DNA from: Clostridia bacterium
GTDB lineage: Bacteria > Bacillota > Clostridia > Christensenellales > UBA1242
Direction of reading: 5' to 3'
Length of the DNA stretch: 64,000 nucleotides
NCBI GenBank assembly: GCA_900753315.1
Contig: CAADYP010000006.1
Coordinates: forward strand, 14,001 to 78,000
In this document: positions 17,066 to 26,468 of the stretch, in pieces
How the letters are laid out: every line of letters starts with the position of its first letter
How positions within the stretch are numbered: position 1 is the first letter of the stretch
The notes under the pieces: model-generated
Databases searched by the model: none
Told to the model about the DNA's origin: nothing
Seen by the model: the letters and a program-made list of their open reading frames with translations, nothing else
Position numbers and translations under genes: made by a program

Positions 17066-17864
17066 TTATTTGTTTCCTCCTATTTATAAATTCTTTTATC
17101 TTGCTGTACCATCGCTCTTCTTTTGGCAAAGCAATTTGCTCGACAATCACAGTTGTCAAAAATGTTATTAGTATTCCAATCATACCAATTAGATAAGTAT
17201 TAAACCATGGTATTTTCGGAAATGGATTTTCTAACAAATACATGCAGTTTGGCGGATCCAGTTTAAAAATTTTATAAAGCCCAATAATAACACCGCCATC
17301 AATCAACAAGAATAGCAAACCGCAAGTAACGCTTAATGTGTTTTTCACTCTGATTTTGATGTATTTGCCGACAAGCAGATAAACACAACCAAAAATCATT
17401 GTAGAATGAGATAGCAGTCCTTTCAATGTTGACCATAATGCAAGGTTTGGTGCATTGGCATAGATTTCATTAAATGCAATACCAACTATGCCTCCAACTA
17501 TGCCTAAGTAAAAAGTGAATTCTGCAATATATCCAAAAACTTTTGATTGTTTGTTTTTATAAAACGCACAAATTGCCAAAAACCACATCGCAACATTGCA
17601 TGGATATATAGGAAAAAGCATAGGTTCTTCAACATTCGTCTGCCCGTTTTTAAAGAAATTCACATACAAACTTGAAAAATGCAATGCAATTGTCAAAACT
17701 GCTGATATTTTTAGAATGATATCTTTGTATTTTTGATTTTTTACAACAAAAAAGCATAGAATCATCAACCCGGTAGTAACGATGCTAGAAATAACCATAT
17801 ATAAGATATGTGGCAAATCAAATAACATATATGTAATATATCTCTTTTTTTTCGACAAAATCAA
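17058..17864 (-). CDS. YwaF/TIGR02206-type integral membrane protein (paralogue 1)
   Basis: 268 aa with the same topology and motif positions (FDLPHILYMV.., LFPIYPCNVAMW). The start is uncertain: TTG at 17864 or ATG at 17828. Confidence 0.6.
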   Translation of the reverse strand: MILSKKKRYITYMLFDLPHILYMVISSIVTTGLMILCFFVVKNQKYKDIILKISAVLTIALHFSSLYVNFFKNGQTNVEEPMLFPIYPCNVAMWFLAICAFYKNKQSKVFGYIAEFTFYLGIVGGIVGIAFNEIYANAPNLALWSTLKGLLSHSTMIFGCVYLLVGKYIKIRVKNTLSVTCGLLFLLIDGGVIIGLYKIFKLDPPNCMYLLENPFPKIPWFNTYLIGMIGILITFLTTVIVEQIALPKEERWYSKIKEFINRRKQINE

Positions 17865-17973
17865 CTAAAACAATAACAAAACAATTTTATCAACAAATTG
17901 ATGCTTATGTTAGTTTATCTTTAATTTTAAATATTTTGCAAAAAAATATTTAAACATATATTCAAAAAAACAA

Positions 17974-18002
17974 ACAAAAAAACCACCCGCAAATGAGTGG
18001 TT
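17974..18002 (-). terminator. Rho-independent terminator after the acidic coiled-coil protein gene
   Basis: Minus strand: AACCAC-TCATTTGCGG-GTGGTT followed by TTTTTTT. Confidence 0.65.
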
Positions 18003-18014
18003 TTTATATGTTTA

Positions 18015-19286
18015 TTATTCTTGTTCAGAAGATTCAGAATTTGTTTGTTCTGATTCAAGTCTTTCAATTTCTTCTCTATAAACTGCAATATCTTTTTTAA
18101 GTTCGTCATTTCTTACTTTCAAAACATTATACATCTTTTCAAGAAGTGGATATCTTTCTTCGTTTTTCTTCATAACTTCTTCACAGTGTTGAACAGAAAG
18201 TTTAAGTCCGTCCAAGAGGTCAAGATCTTCTGCCAATTTTGTGGCTTTTTCTTGATCAATTTCTGCATAGTTGTTTACGCCATAAAGCAAAACTTTTTGT
18301 TTAGCAACAAGTGCTTCTTTTCTTCTCAATTTCTTCTCATCTTTATCATGAGCATCCCAAACTCTACGAAGTGGGATATATTCTTTCTTGCATTGTTTAA
18401 ATTCTTTTTCTGTTGCTTTAAGTCTTTCTTCTGCATTTGCAAGTCTTTCTTTAAGTTCATCCAAAGTCAATGCTGCTGCATTTGTTTGAACAGGAACTTC
18501 AACAATCTTTTCAACAACTGTTGGTTCTTCTTTTTGTTCGGCTTGTTCTGCCAAAGCTTTCTTTGCAGCTTCAAGTTCTCTTACCATTGCTTCATATTTT
18601 TCTTTTTCAGCAATCAAAGATTTTCTTTCTTCTTCCAAAGCTTCATCATTGTTTTCTTCAACAACAGGAGCTTCTTCAACTTCTTCGCCATTTGTTAAAA
18701 CAACTGGTTCTTCCTCAACAGTTTCTGCACTTCCTTGTGCTTCAACATTTTCAGTTTCAACTTCATGGTTTCCTTCGTTTTCAACTGTTTCTGGTTGTTC
18801 TTCAGTTTCAGCGTCTGCAGAATTGTCGTCCATTTCAGCTTGCATTCTTTTGATGAGTTCTTGTCTTCTTGCTTCAAGATAAGCTCTTCTCTTGGCATTT
18901 TCATCATCTTCATCAGCATTTTCTTTTTCGATTTCTTGTTTTTCTTCTTCAGCTTTTTCTAGATTGACATCTTCAATCTTTGTTTGGTCAATCAAAACAA
19001 CATTTTCATCTGTTTCTTCGTTTTCAGCAGTTTGTGTCTTAACAGGTTCGTCATCAAGTTTGAAATCAGAGACCATAACATTGTTGTCAACAGCATTTTG
19101 TTTTACATCATCAAAATGCAATTCTTCGTCTTTCTTCTTTTCTTTCTTTGTAAAACTAGCAACAGATTCCCACAAAAAGTAAACAATAAGTGAAGCAGCC
19201 ACAACTACGCCCAAAATGATAACAATGTTCAAAATCAAAGAATCTATACTAATTTTTCCAGGAGCATTCAAAAGAGAATTAAACAT
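18015..19286 (-). CDS. Membrane-anchored, highly acidic coiled-coil protein (hypothetical)
   Basis: 423 aa. N-terminal TM (LILNIVIILGVVVAASLIVYFLW), then E/D/K-rich low complexity and heptad-like segments. AAGGAAGG RBS. Confidence 0.75.
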   Translation of the reverse strand: MFNSLLNAPGKISIDSLILNIVIILGVVVAASLIVYFLWESVASFTKKEKKKDEELHFDDVKQNAVDNNVMVSDFKLDDEPVKTQTAENEETDENVVLIDQTKIEDVNLEKAEEEKQEIEKENADEDDENAKRRAYLEARRQELIKRMQAEMDDNSADAETEEQPETVENEGNHEVETENVEAQGSAETVEEEPVVLTNGEEVEEAPVVEENNDEALEEERKSLIAEKEKYEAMVRELEAAKKALAEQAEQKEEPTVVEKIVEVPVQTNAAALTLDELKERLANAEERLKATEKEFKQCKKEYIPLRRVWDAHDKDEKKLRRKEALVAKQKVLLYGVNNYAEIDQEKATKLAEDLDLLDGLKLSVQHCEEVMKKNEERYPLLEKMYNVLKVRNDELKKDIAVYREEIERLESEQTNSESSEQE

Positions 19287-19371
19287 AGCAATATACCTTC
19301 CTTTTTAATTTTTGAGTTAACCTCAAATTTTGATTTGAAAATCAGTTCAAACAAAATCAGACTCAATTTTT

Positions 19372-19758
19372 TGGTGGAGACGGAGGGAATTGAACCCTCG
19401 TCCGGAAACAAAACAAAATATTTTTCTACATGTTTAGTTTGTGTTTAAATTTCATTTTCAAGTCACCCATAAACAGGTTTTGAAAACAATTCCTTAAAAT
19501 TTTTTGCGACTACAAGGACAACTTGTCACAAAATTTTTGCCTAAGATGATACTCTGGTCTTCAACTGGCAAAGTCAAAGGAGAGCAGATTGAAAATTTCA
19601 ATCAAGTCGTTATTGAGATGACTAACTACGCAGCCATAGCAACAACATTGTTATTATTGTTTGCGTTTATTTCGCTTGCTCATGTTTAAGGTGTATGGGC
19701 GACCACCACATGCTTTGTATATTTTGTTTAAATCCCCGTCGAAACCAAAATCGTCCCC
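19372..19758 (-). ncRNA. ssrA: tmRNA (SsrA)
   Basis: 5' GGGGACGATTTTGGTTTCGACGGGGA.. and 3' ..GGACGAGGGTTCAATTCCCTCCGTCTCCACCA. The acceptor stem has the G3:U pair. The internal tag frame is GCA AAC AAT AAT AAC AAT GTT GTT GCT ATG GCT GCG TAG. Lies immediately downstream of smpB. Confidence 0.93.
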
Positions 19759-20199
19759 TTATTCAAACGCTCTTTCAACATCGCGCTTGATAGATTTCTC
19801 TTTAAGAGTCTGCCTTTTGTCGTAGAGTTTTTTGCCCTTTGCAAGACCGATTTCCACTTTAACTTTGCCAGTTTGATTGAAATAAATCTTTGTGGCAACG
19901 ATTGAAAATCCTTTTTCCTTAACCATACGCTCAAACTTTTGAATTTCGCTTTTGTTTAGAAGCAATTTTCGAGTTCGTCTTTCGTCTGGTTTGAAAGAAG
20001 TTGTCTTTTCATAAGGTTTGATGTATGCATTTTTAAGGAACATTTCGCCATTTTTAACAACGACAAAACTGTCAGTCAAACTTGCACCGCCCGCTCTAAC
20101 AGACTTAACTTCACACCCTTCAAGAACAATTCCAGCCTCAACCAAGTCTGAAACGAAGTAATTAAAAAACGCTTTTTTGTTGTTTGAAATAACCTTCAT
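19759..20199 (-). CDS. smpB: SsrA-binding protein
   Basis: MKVISNNKKAFFNYFV..GCEVKS..; ATG 20199 is preceded by GGAGAAGAA. The track start at 20238 adds 13 unlikely residues. Confidence 0.93.
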   Translation of the reverse strand: MKVISNNKKAFFNYFVSDLVEAGIVLEGCEVKSVRAGGASLTDSFVVVKNGEMFLKNAYIKPYEKTTSFKPDERRTRKLLLNKSEIQKFERMVKEKGFSIVATKIYFNQTGKVKVEIGLAKGKKLYDKRQTLKEKSIKRDVERAFE

Positions 20200-20322
20200 T
20201 TCTTCTCCTATTATATCACTTAAATTATTATATTTCAATACCCTTTTTTAAAAAAAGCACATTTTTTGGCATTTTTTTCAAAAAAAAGTTGAAATTTTTA
20301 TGCTTTTTTGTGCTTTTTCAAA

Positions 20323-22413
20323 TTATTCAGCAATTTTAAAGTCTATGTTTCTTGCCTGCAAATTGACACTCGTAAGCGTCACTTTAACCTTATCGCCCAA
20401 AGAGAACAAGTGACTGTTGCCTTTGAGTTTGAGTTGTCTTTCAAGGAAGATATAAACATCATCTGGCAAATCTTCAACCTTTATCAAACCTTCAACAGTG
20501 TTGTCCAAAGCGACAAACAAACCAAAGTTTGTAACAGAAGAAATTGTTGCATCAAAGACTTGTCCAACTTTGTCTTTCATCAAGTATGCTTTCCACAAAT
20601 CATCAACATCTCTTTCTGCATAATCCGCATTTCTTTCACAAGCAGATGCTTGTTCTGCAGCCTCAAAAGTAAACTCGTCAAGTTCGTCTCTTCTTGTGGC
20701 ATCAATCTTTCCTTTCTTGTGCAACCACTCTTTGATAATTCTGTGAATTGTCAAGTCGGGATATCTTCTAATTGGTGAAGTAAAGTGACAATAATCCACC
20801 AAAGCCAAACCAAAATGCCCCAAATCTTTGTTTGCATATTTTGCTTTTTGCATTGAACGCAACACAACTTTGTTTACGACATCTTTTGTGTTCAAGCTTT
20901 CAACATTATCCAAAATCTCTTGAAAATAAGCAGGTTTAATTTCATCAGGCACCGCAGGAAATTTCACTCCTATGCCTTTCAAGAAATCACACACACTCAA
21001 AACCTTGTCTTTTGTTGGTGCTTCATGCACACGATAAACAAAAGGCACACCCAATTTGTTGAAATGGCGAGCAACTGTTTCATTTGCCAAAACCATAAAA
21101 TCTTCAATAAGTCTATGAGATTCGTTTCTTTCTCTTCTAGCGATGTCAACAGCCATGCCGTTTTCATCAAAAATAAATTGAACTTCTGGAATTTCCAAAT
21201 CAAGAGCCCCACGTTTTTGTGTGTTCTCTTCCAAAATGTCGCAAAGTTCTCTCATCAAGAAAAAGTCTTTTTGAAGTCGTTTAGTCTTTTCGTTAAGCTC
21301 ACCACCTGTCAAAGCCTCATGCACTTCTTTGTAAGTAAGTCTTGCAGTGCTTTTGATAAACGATTCACAGATGTTATAATCAATCACTTTTCCAGAAAAA
21401 TCAACTTTCATTATACAAGACAAAGTCAATCTTTCAACGCCTTCATTAAGTGAACAAATCCCGTTTGACAAAGATTTTGGAAGCATTGGCAAAACTGAAG
21501 TAGGAAAATAAACACTTGTTCCTCGCTTGTATGCTTCCTCATCAAAAACATTCCCTTGTTTGACATATTCACCAACATCGGCAATATGCACACCAACTTC
21601 GTAGAAGTTATCAAATTTTTTGATATTGACAGCATCATCAAGGTCTTTGGCATCAGCACCATCAATAGTAAAAATCGTTTCACCTGTCAAATCAAGTCTG
21701 CCTTTCTTTTGTTTTGCAGAAACAGTCTTTGGCAAACTCTTCTCTGCATCAACAACTTGTCCAGGAAAATTTTCAAAAAGATTGTGTTCTCTAATGATTG
21801 AAAGTTCAAGAGCCTTTACATTATCTTCAAATCCCAAAATTTCATTTACTATGCACTTGATTTTACCTTTGTCTGTTCTAACAATTTTTGCCATAACTTT
21901 CATGTTCTTTTGCAATTTCAAGCCAGTTTTTACAATAGGCATATCAAAAGGTATCTTATTGTTGTCAGGGTCGAGAAAATAGTTCCCGCCAACAATATTT
22001 ATCGCACCGACAATATTTTCGAGTTCTTTGTAAATGCTGACAACTTCTCCATCAACACCATCACCTGATTGAGACATAATTTTGACGATAACAAACTCAC
22101 CATCAAGTGCTCCCATTGTTTTGTTTGCAGGAACAAATATGTCATCTTTAAAGCCGTCAACTTTAACAAATCCAAACCCCTTTGTTGTGCCAAAAAATTC
22201 ACCTTTCACATATCCATGAGAAGGGATTGTTATAAATTTGTTTTTTCTAATTTCAAAAATGTCTCCGCTTTCAACGAGAGAATAAAAAATCTTCTTCACT
22301 TGTTCCACATCGGTATCAAGTGCAGAAGACAAAAACAAAAATAGCTTGTCTATGTGAGAGAAAACCAAACTATTTTTGTCAATCAATGATAATATTTCTT
22401 TTTTTTTGCTCAT
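20323..22413 (-). CDS. rnr: Ribonuclease R
   Basis: 696 aa with an N-terminal HTH/cold-shock-like region, the RNB core (DGADAKDLDDAV..) and a C-terminal S1 domain. Conserved position between secG and smpB. Confidence 0.93.
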   Translation of the reverse strand: MSKKKEILSLIDKNSLVFSHIDKLFLFLSSALDTDVEQVKKIFYSLVESGDIFEIRKNKFITIPSHGYVKGEFFGTTKGFGFVKVDGFKDDIFVPANKTMGALDGEFVIVKIMSQSGDGVDGEVVSIYKELENIVGAINIVGGNYFLDPDNNKIPFDMPIVKTGLKLQKNMKVMAKIVRTDKGKIKCIVNEILGFEDNVKALELSIIREHNLFENFPGQVVDAEKSLPKTVSAKQKKGRLDLTGETIFTIDGADAKDLDDAVNIKKFDNFYEVGVHIADVGEYVKQGNVFDEEAYKRGTSVYFPTSVLPMLPKSLSNGICSLNEGVERLTLSCIMKVDFSGKVIDYNICESFIKSTARLTYKEVHEALTGGELNEKTKRLQKDFFLMRELCDILEENTQKRGALDLEIPEVQFIFDENGMAVDIARRERNESHRLIEDFMVLANETVARHFNKLGVPFVYRVHEAPTKDKVLSVCDFLKGIGVKFPAVPDEIKPAYFQEILDNVESLNTKDVVNKVVLRSMQKAKYANKDLGHFGLALVDYCHFTSPIRRYPDLTIHRIIKEWLHKKGKIDATRRDELDEFTFEAAEQASACERNADYAERDVDDLWKAYLMKDKVGQVFDATISSVTNFGLFVALDNTVEGLIKVEDLPDDVYIFLERQLKLKGNSHLFSLGDKVKVTLTSVNLQARNIDFKIAE

Positions 22414-22422
22414 TAAGCCACC

Positions 22423-22722
22423 TTAATCGGCATATATCAAAAGACTAACGAAATACAAGATTACACAAACAACAGCAATAATAGAAGTGATGATTGTAAT
22501 CAATTTCAAAGTAGCGTCTTTTGACCCGCCCTTGTTTTTTGAATAATAACTTTCTTGTTGTCCAGTGATAACATCTGCATCATTTGAATCTTCATTTTGG
22601 AACAATGTTGTTACAATCAAGATAATTGCACAAGCCACTACCAAGCAAAACAAAACAATTCTGATGATAGGAAATGAATCTGAAACCCAAATAGGAACTG
22701 TGCTGTCCAATAACATACTCAT
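22423..22722 (-). CDS. secG: Preprotein translocase subunit SecG (divergent)
   Basis: Start set at ATG 22722 (MSMLLD), preceded by GAGGAG. Two TM helices flank a G/K-rich loop (TLFQ..KNKGGSKDATLKLIT). Canonical position upstream of rnr. Confidence 0.6.
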   Translation of the reverse strand: MSMLLDSTVPIWVSDSFPIIRIVLFCLVVACAIILIVTTLFQNEDSNDADVITGQQESYYSKNKGGSKDATLKLITIITSIIAVVCVILYFVSLLIYAD

Positions 22723-22750
22723 AATAAAAAACTCCTCAACTTTTAAAACT

Positions 22751-22990
22751 TTATTTGGTAAAGCGTGCCGCAGAAACGACCGCAACGAGTGCAAACATCA
22801 AGATTGCCAAAATAAGCATACCCCACTTTGGTCTTTTGCCCTTGTCAAAACTTTTCTTAAAAAAAGCAAGCAAAGCATAAAGTCCAAAAAGGCTGAATGC
22901 ACAGATGACAATGATATAAGTTGTGTTATTCCATTCATTTGTCACCCACATTGAGAACTTGCCCCAAAGACTACATAGCATTGAAAACAT
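22751..22990 (-). CDS. Small two-TM membrane protein (hypothetical)
   Basis: 79 aa from ATG 22990, preceded by AAGGAG at 6 nt. Two clear hydrophobic helices. Confidence 0.55.
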   Translation of the reverse strand: MFSMLCSLWGKFSMWVTNEWNNTTYIIVICAFSLFGLYALLAFFKKSFDKGKRPKWGMLILAILMFALVAVVSAARFTK

Positions 22991-23189
22991 ACGCACTCCT
23001 TTACAAGGTGTATTTTAGCATATTTAAAACAAGAATACAACTCTTTTTGATTTAAAAGAGCAAAAATTTTGTAAAAAAAGTGAGCAAAGTGCACAATAAA
23101 AACAAAATCGTGAAATTTATTTTGAAAAATTTGCTTTTTTACACGCAAATTGTTATCATTATTGCATAAAGAAAAAAGGAAGGATTTTT

Positions 23190-24587
23190 ATGAACAAAAC
23201 AAAAATTGTATGTTCTATCGGACCTGCAAGCAGCAGTGTCGAAACGCTTGAAAAAATGATTGATGCCGGAATGAATGTTGCAAGATTCAACATGAGTCAC
23301 GGCACACATGAATCGCACAAACTTTTGATTGACGCCGTCAAACAAGCTCGCCAAAACAAAAACAAACCTATCGCAATCATGATTGACACAAAAGGTCCAG
23401 AAATCAGAGTAAAGCAATTTGAAAATGGAAAAATCATGCTCAAAGAAGGAGACAAATTTACTCTCACCACAAAAGATGTCACCGGCACAAATGAGCATGT
23501 AAGCATAACATACAAAAATCTGCCAAAAATATTGAAAAAAGACACAAAAATTTTGTTAAATGACGGAAATATTGAGTTGCGTGTCCAAAAAATCACAACA
23601 ACCGACATTGTATGTGAAGTCGTTCATGGTGGCGAACTTTCAAATAACAAGAGCATAAATATCCCTGGTGTAAAAACGGAAATGCCATATTTAAGCGAGC
23701 AAGACAAAAGCGACCTTTTGTTTGCAAAAGAAATGGATGCTGATTACATCGCAATTTCTTTCGTCAACTCTGCTGACGATGTTTTGCAAGTCAAAGAATA
23801 TCTCAAATCAATCAATTTCAAAGACGTCAAAATCATATCAAAAATTGAAAGTGATGAAGGTGTAAAAAATTATGACAAAATCTTAAAAGTCTCTGATGGC
23901 ATCATGGTTGCTCGTGGAGACCTTGGAGTGGAAATTGACTTTGTAAAAATCCCAATCTTACAAAAAGAATTTATAGGCAAATGCAATTATTATGGAAAAA
24001 TCGTCATCACTGCCACACAAATGCTTGAAAGCATGATAAATAATGCTCGACCAACAAGAGCAGAAATTTCCGATGTTGCAAACGCAATTTTTGATGGAAC
24101 AACAGCAATCATGCTCTCCGGTGAAACTGCTTCTGGACAATTTCCAGTTGAAACTGTAGAAACTATGAAACGCATTGCACTTGAAAGCGAAAACTACACA
24201 GATGGTTCAAATGCAGAAATCATCACTCACAACACATCAAAAAGTCTTGGCTATGCCGTTTACGCATTGTCAGAAACTGAAGATGTTCAAGCAATAATCG
24301 TTGTCACAAAATCTGGAATAACAGCAGAAAATATCAGCAGATTTAAACCAAAGGTTCCAATCATTGCATGCACCCCAAGTGAAAAAGTTTACAACAAAAT
24401 GAGTCTTCTCTATGGTGTTTATCCAATCTTGGATAAAACATACAAAAATATGCAAGACATAAACAAAAGTTCTCTTCAAAAATCACTTGAAACAGGTCTC
24501 GTAGAAAAAGGTGACAAAATTGTCCTTGTAAGCGGACTTGTTGCTGGCAAAAGCGGTTCAAACTTGATGCTCATTGAAAAAATTTAA
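23190..24587 (+). CDS. pyk: Pyruvate kinase
   Basis: 465 aa. MNKTKIVCSIGPAS..MNVARFNMSHG..IMIDTKGPEIR..MVARGDLGVE. Strong RBS AAGGAAGGA. Confidence 0.95.
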   Translation: MNKTKIVCSIGPASSSVETLEKMIDAGMNVARFNMSHGTHESHKLLIDAVKQARQNKNKPIAIMIDTKGPEIRVKQFENGKIMLKEGDKFTLTTKDVTGTNEHVSITYKNLPKILKKDTKILLNDGNIELRVQKITTTDIVCEVVHGGELSNNKSINIPGVKTEMPYLSEQDKSDLLFAKEMDADYIAISFVNSADDVLQVKEYLKSINFKDVKIISKIESDEGVKNYDKILKVSDGIMVARGDLGVEIDFVKIPILQKEFIGKCNYYGKIVITATQMLESMINNARPTRAEISDVANAIFDGTTAIMLSGETASGQFPVETVETMKRIALESENYTDGSNAEIITHNTSKSLGYAVYALSETEDVQAIIVVTKSGITAENISRFKPKVPIIACTPSEKVYNKMSLLYGVYPILDKTYKNMQDINKSSLQKSLETGLVEKGDKIVLVSGLVAGKSGSNLMLIEKI

Positions 24588-24607
24588 GACACAAATCATA
24601 AAAAAAT

Positions 24608-24639
24608 AAACTGAATTCAAATTTTCAGTTTATTTTTTT
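24608..24639. terminator. Bidirectional terminator between convergent pyk and miaA
   Basis: AAACTGAA-TTCAAATT-TTCAGTTT with A-run and T-run on the two sides. Confidence 0.7.
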
Positions 24640-24645
24640 CAAAAT

Positions 24646-25557
24646 TTATTGATTCTCCTTGTCATCTTCCTTCAAAAAATCTTCTACCAATTTAGTCGCT
24701 TCTGACAAATAATCTTTTTTTGTGTCAAGCCAAACAATGTTCTTTTCTTTCTTAAACCATGTGACTTGCCTTTTTGCAAAATGTCTAATATGCTTGAAAA
24801 GGTCATCATGATATTCTTGAAAATCTTTATACTTCCCAGTGAGATATCTGTATGTGTAACGATACTCAAGTCCCAAACTTTCCAAAAATTCTGGTGTTGC
24901 CCCAGCATCCATCAAACCTTTAATTTCTTCAACCATTCCATCGTTTATTCTTATGTCAAGCCTTTCTCCAATTCTTTGATAAAGTACATCTCTATCAAAA
25001 GTCATGCCAAGTTGCAAAACATCATAACGAGGATTGCTTTCTGCCTGTTCTTTTGTTCCACCCTCGATCTTTTCAATCTGTCTTACAAGTCGTCTTTTGT
25101 TTTGTGGGTCTTTAATATCTTCAATTCCATGTTCATGTAAAATTTTTACCAACTCTTCGCAAGTTTTTTTATCAAGTTCTGCTCTCAATTTTTCATCAGG
25201 TTTACACTCACTCAAAGAAAAGCCTTCAACAATCGCACGAGTATAAAGTCCAGTTCCACCAACAATAATTGGAAGTTTTTCCCTAGCAATTATGTCATCA
25301 ATGATTGGATATACCATTCTTTGAAAATCTGCAACAGAAAATGGTTCGTTTGGACTGATAATATCAAGCATATGGTGTGGAACTCCCTGAATTTCTTCTT
25401 CAGTCACTTTTCCAGTGCCCAAATCCATGCCTTTATAAACCTGTCTAGAATCTGCAGATACAACTTCTCCATTAAATATTTTCGCAAGCTCAATCCCAAG
25501 ACTAGACTTGCTTGATGCTGTTGTTCCGACAACAGTAATAATCTTTGGTTTGCTCAT
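24646..25557 (-). CDS. miaA: tRNA dimethylallyltransferase
   Basis: 303 aa. IITVVGTTASSKSSLGIELAK..VSADSRQVYKGMDLGTGK..IVGGTGLY. Confidence 0.9.
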   Translation of the reverse strand: MSKPKIITVVGTTASSKSSLGIELAKIFNGEVVSADSRQVYKGMDLGTGKVTEEEIQGVPHHMLDIISPNEPFSVADFQRMVYPIIDDIIAREKLPIIVGGTGLYTRAIVEGFSLSECKPDEKLRAELDKKTCEELVKILHEHGIEDIKDPQNKRRLVRQIEKIEGGTKEQAESNPRYDVLQLGMTFDRDVLYQRIGERLDIRINDGMVEEIKGLMDAGATPEFLESLGLEYRYTYRYLTGKYKDFQEYHDDLFKHIRHFAKRQVTWFKKEKNIVWLDTKKDYLSEATKLVEDFLKEDDKENQ

Positions 25558-25605
25558 AATTACACCACCTTAACTTTTTCACAATGATTATAACACAACA
25601 TTTGT

Positions 25606-25944
25606 TTAGTCACAAAGCATAATTGCAACAACACCAAATTTCTTTTCGTTTTCAATTGAATAAAATTGATGATATACATTTTCAACTTCCGCTTTTTCAA
25701 AACATTGAAATCCAATTTTGTTCAAAGGCAACTCGTCAAGCATCTTTGCAAAACTGTCAAAATATAACAAATCTTTCACACGCTTTTGCATTTTCCCATC
25801 TAAATTGCTTTCATCTCTAAAAGTAATAAAATCGCCAACGGAAATCAGCCTTCTTTTTTCATCATTAAGCCTAATTTCATAAATCTTTTCCCCAGTGCGA
25901 ATTTTTTCAAAATAAATATGTCTCAATTTCATTTCATGCACCAT
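25606..25944 (-). CDS. ASCH domain protein
   Basis: MKLRHIYFEKIRTGEKIYEIRLNDEKR.. is typical of the ASCH N-terminus. The start is ambiguous (ATG 25953, 25944 or 25932). I chose 25944 for its 9-nt spacing from GGGAG. Confidence 0.7.
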   Translation of the reverse strand: MVHEMKLRHIYFEKIRTGEKIYEIRLNDEKRRLISVGDFITFRDESNLDGKMQKRVKDLLYFDSFAKMLDELPLNKIGFQCFEKAEVENVYHQFYSIENEKKFGVVAIMLCD

Positions 25945-26085
25945 TTTTTGCATCTCCCAATCAAAATATTTAACATTTATAGTTTACAAATTTAATATAA
26001 AATTGTCAAATATATAGTTGACACTATACAAATAAAATGATATTCTAATTATGTAAATAAAACAAAAATTAAGAAGGAAGTTTTT

Positions 26086-26298
26086 ATGATAACAGATCAC
26101 GGAGTAAGAACACTATACACAAACGCACTTCAAAGAGGATATCAAAACGAAGCAGCATGCAAATTCAATTCTGCATTATCTGACTACAGACAAGCTCTAG
26201 GGATTGCAAAATCTTTTGATGATATGGCAGGAATTGAAAACTGCAACAAATGCATCACTCGTGTAACAAAAAAGATATCCAATGAAAGAACATTATAA
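26086..26298 (+). CDS. Hypothetical small protein
   Basis: 70 aa with a good RBS (AAGAAGGAAG) and a hairpin plus T-run downstream near 26310-26347. Confidence 0.5.
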   Translation: MITDHGVRTLYTNALQRGYQNEAACKFNSALSDYRQALGIAKSFDDMAGIENCNKCITRVTKKISNERTL

Positions 26299-26468
26299 TT
26301 AAAAACAAAAAATGATGAAAATTTTAACCGATTTCCATCATTTTTAAATTTTTTCTTGATTTGCATTCATTTATCAAAATGTTTTTACATAAAACAATTT
26401 CAAATGTGTTTTAATTCACTAAAAATAAATATATGGTCGGTTTACAATATCACAACAAAGAGGTAAAT

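Noticed and set aside
18186-19193. Stack of overlapping ORFs on both strands (170, 127, 77, 75, 96 aa and others). I also checked whether the repetitive DNA here is a tandem repeat or CRISPR-like array.
   Set aside because: All are by-products of the GAA/GAT/AAA-rich coding sequence of the 423-aa acidic protein. There are no regularly spaced identical repeats with unique spacers.
19504-19689. 61-aa plus-strand ORF
   Set aside because: It lies inside and antisense to the tmRNA gene.
23139-23498. 119-aa minus-strand ORF overlapping the pyk start
   Set aside because: It overlaps the pyk promoter and the well-conserved pyk N-terminus, has no RBS and is Cys/Phe-rich, so it is spurious.
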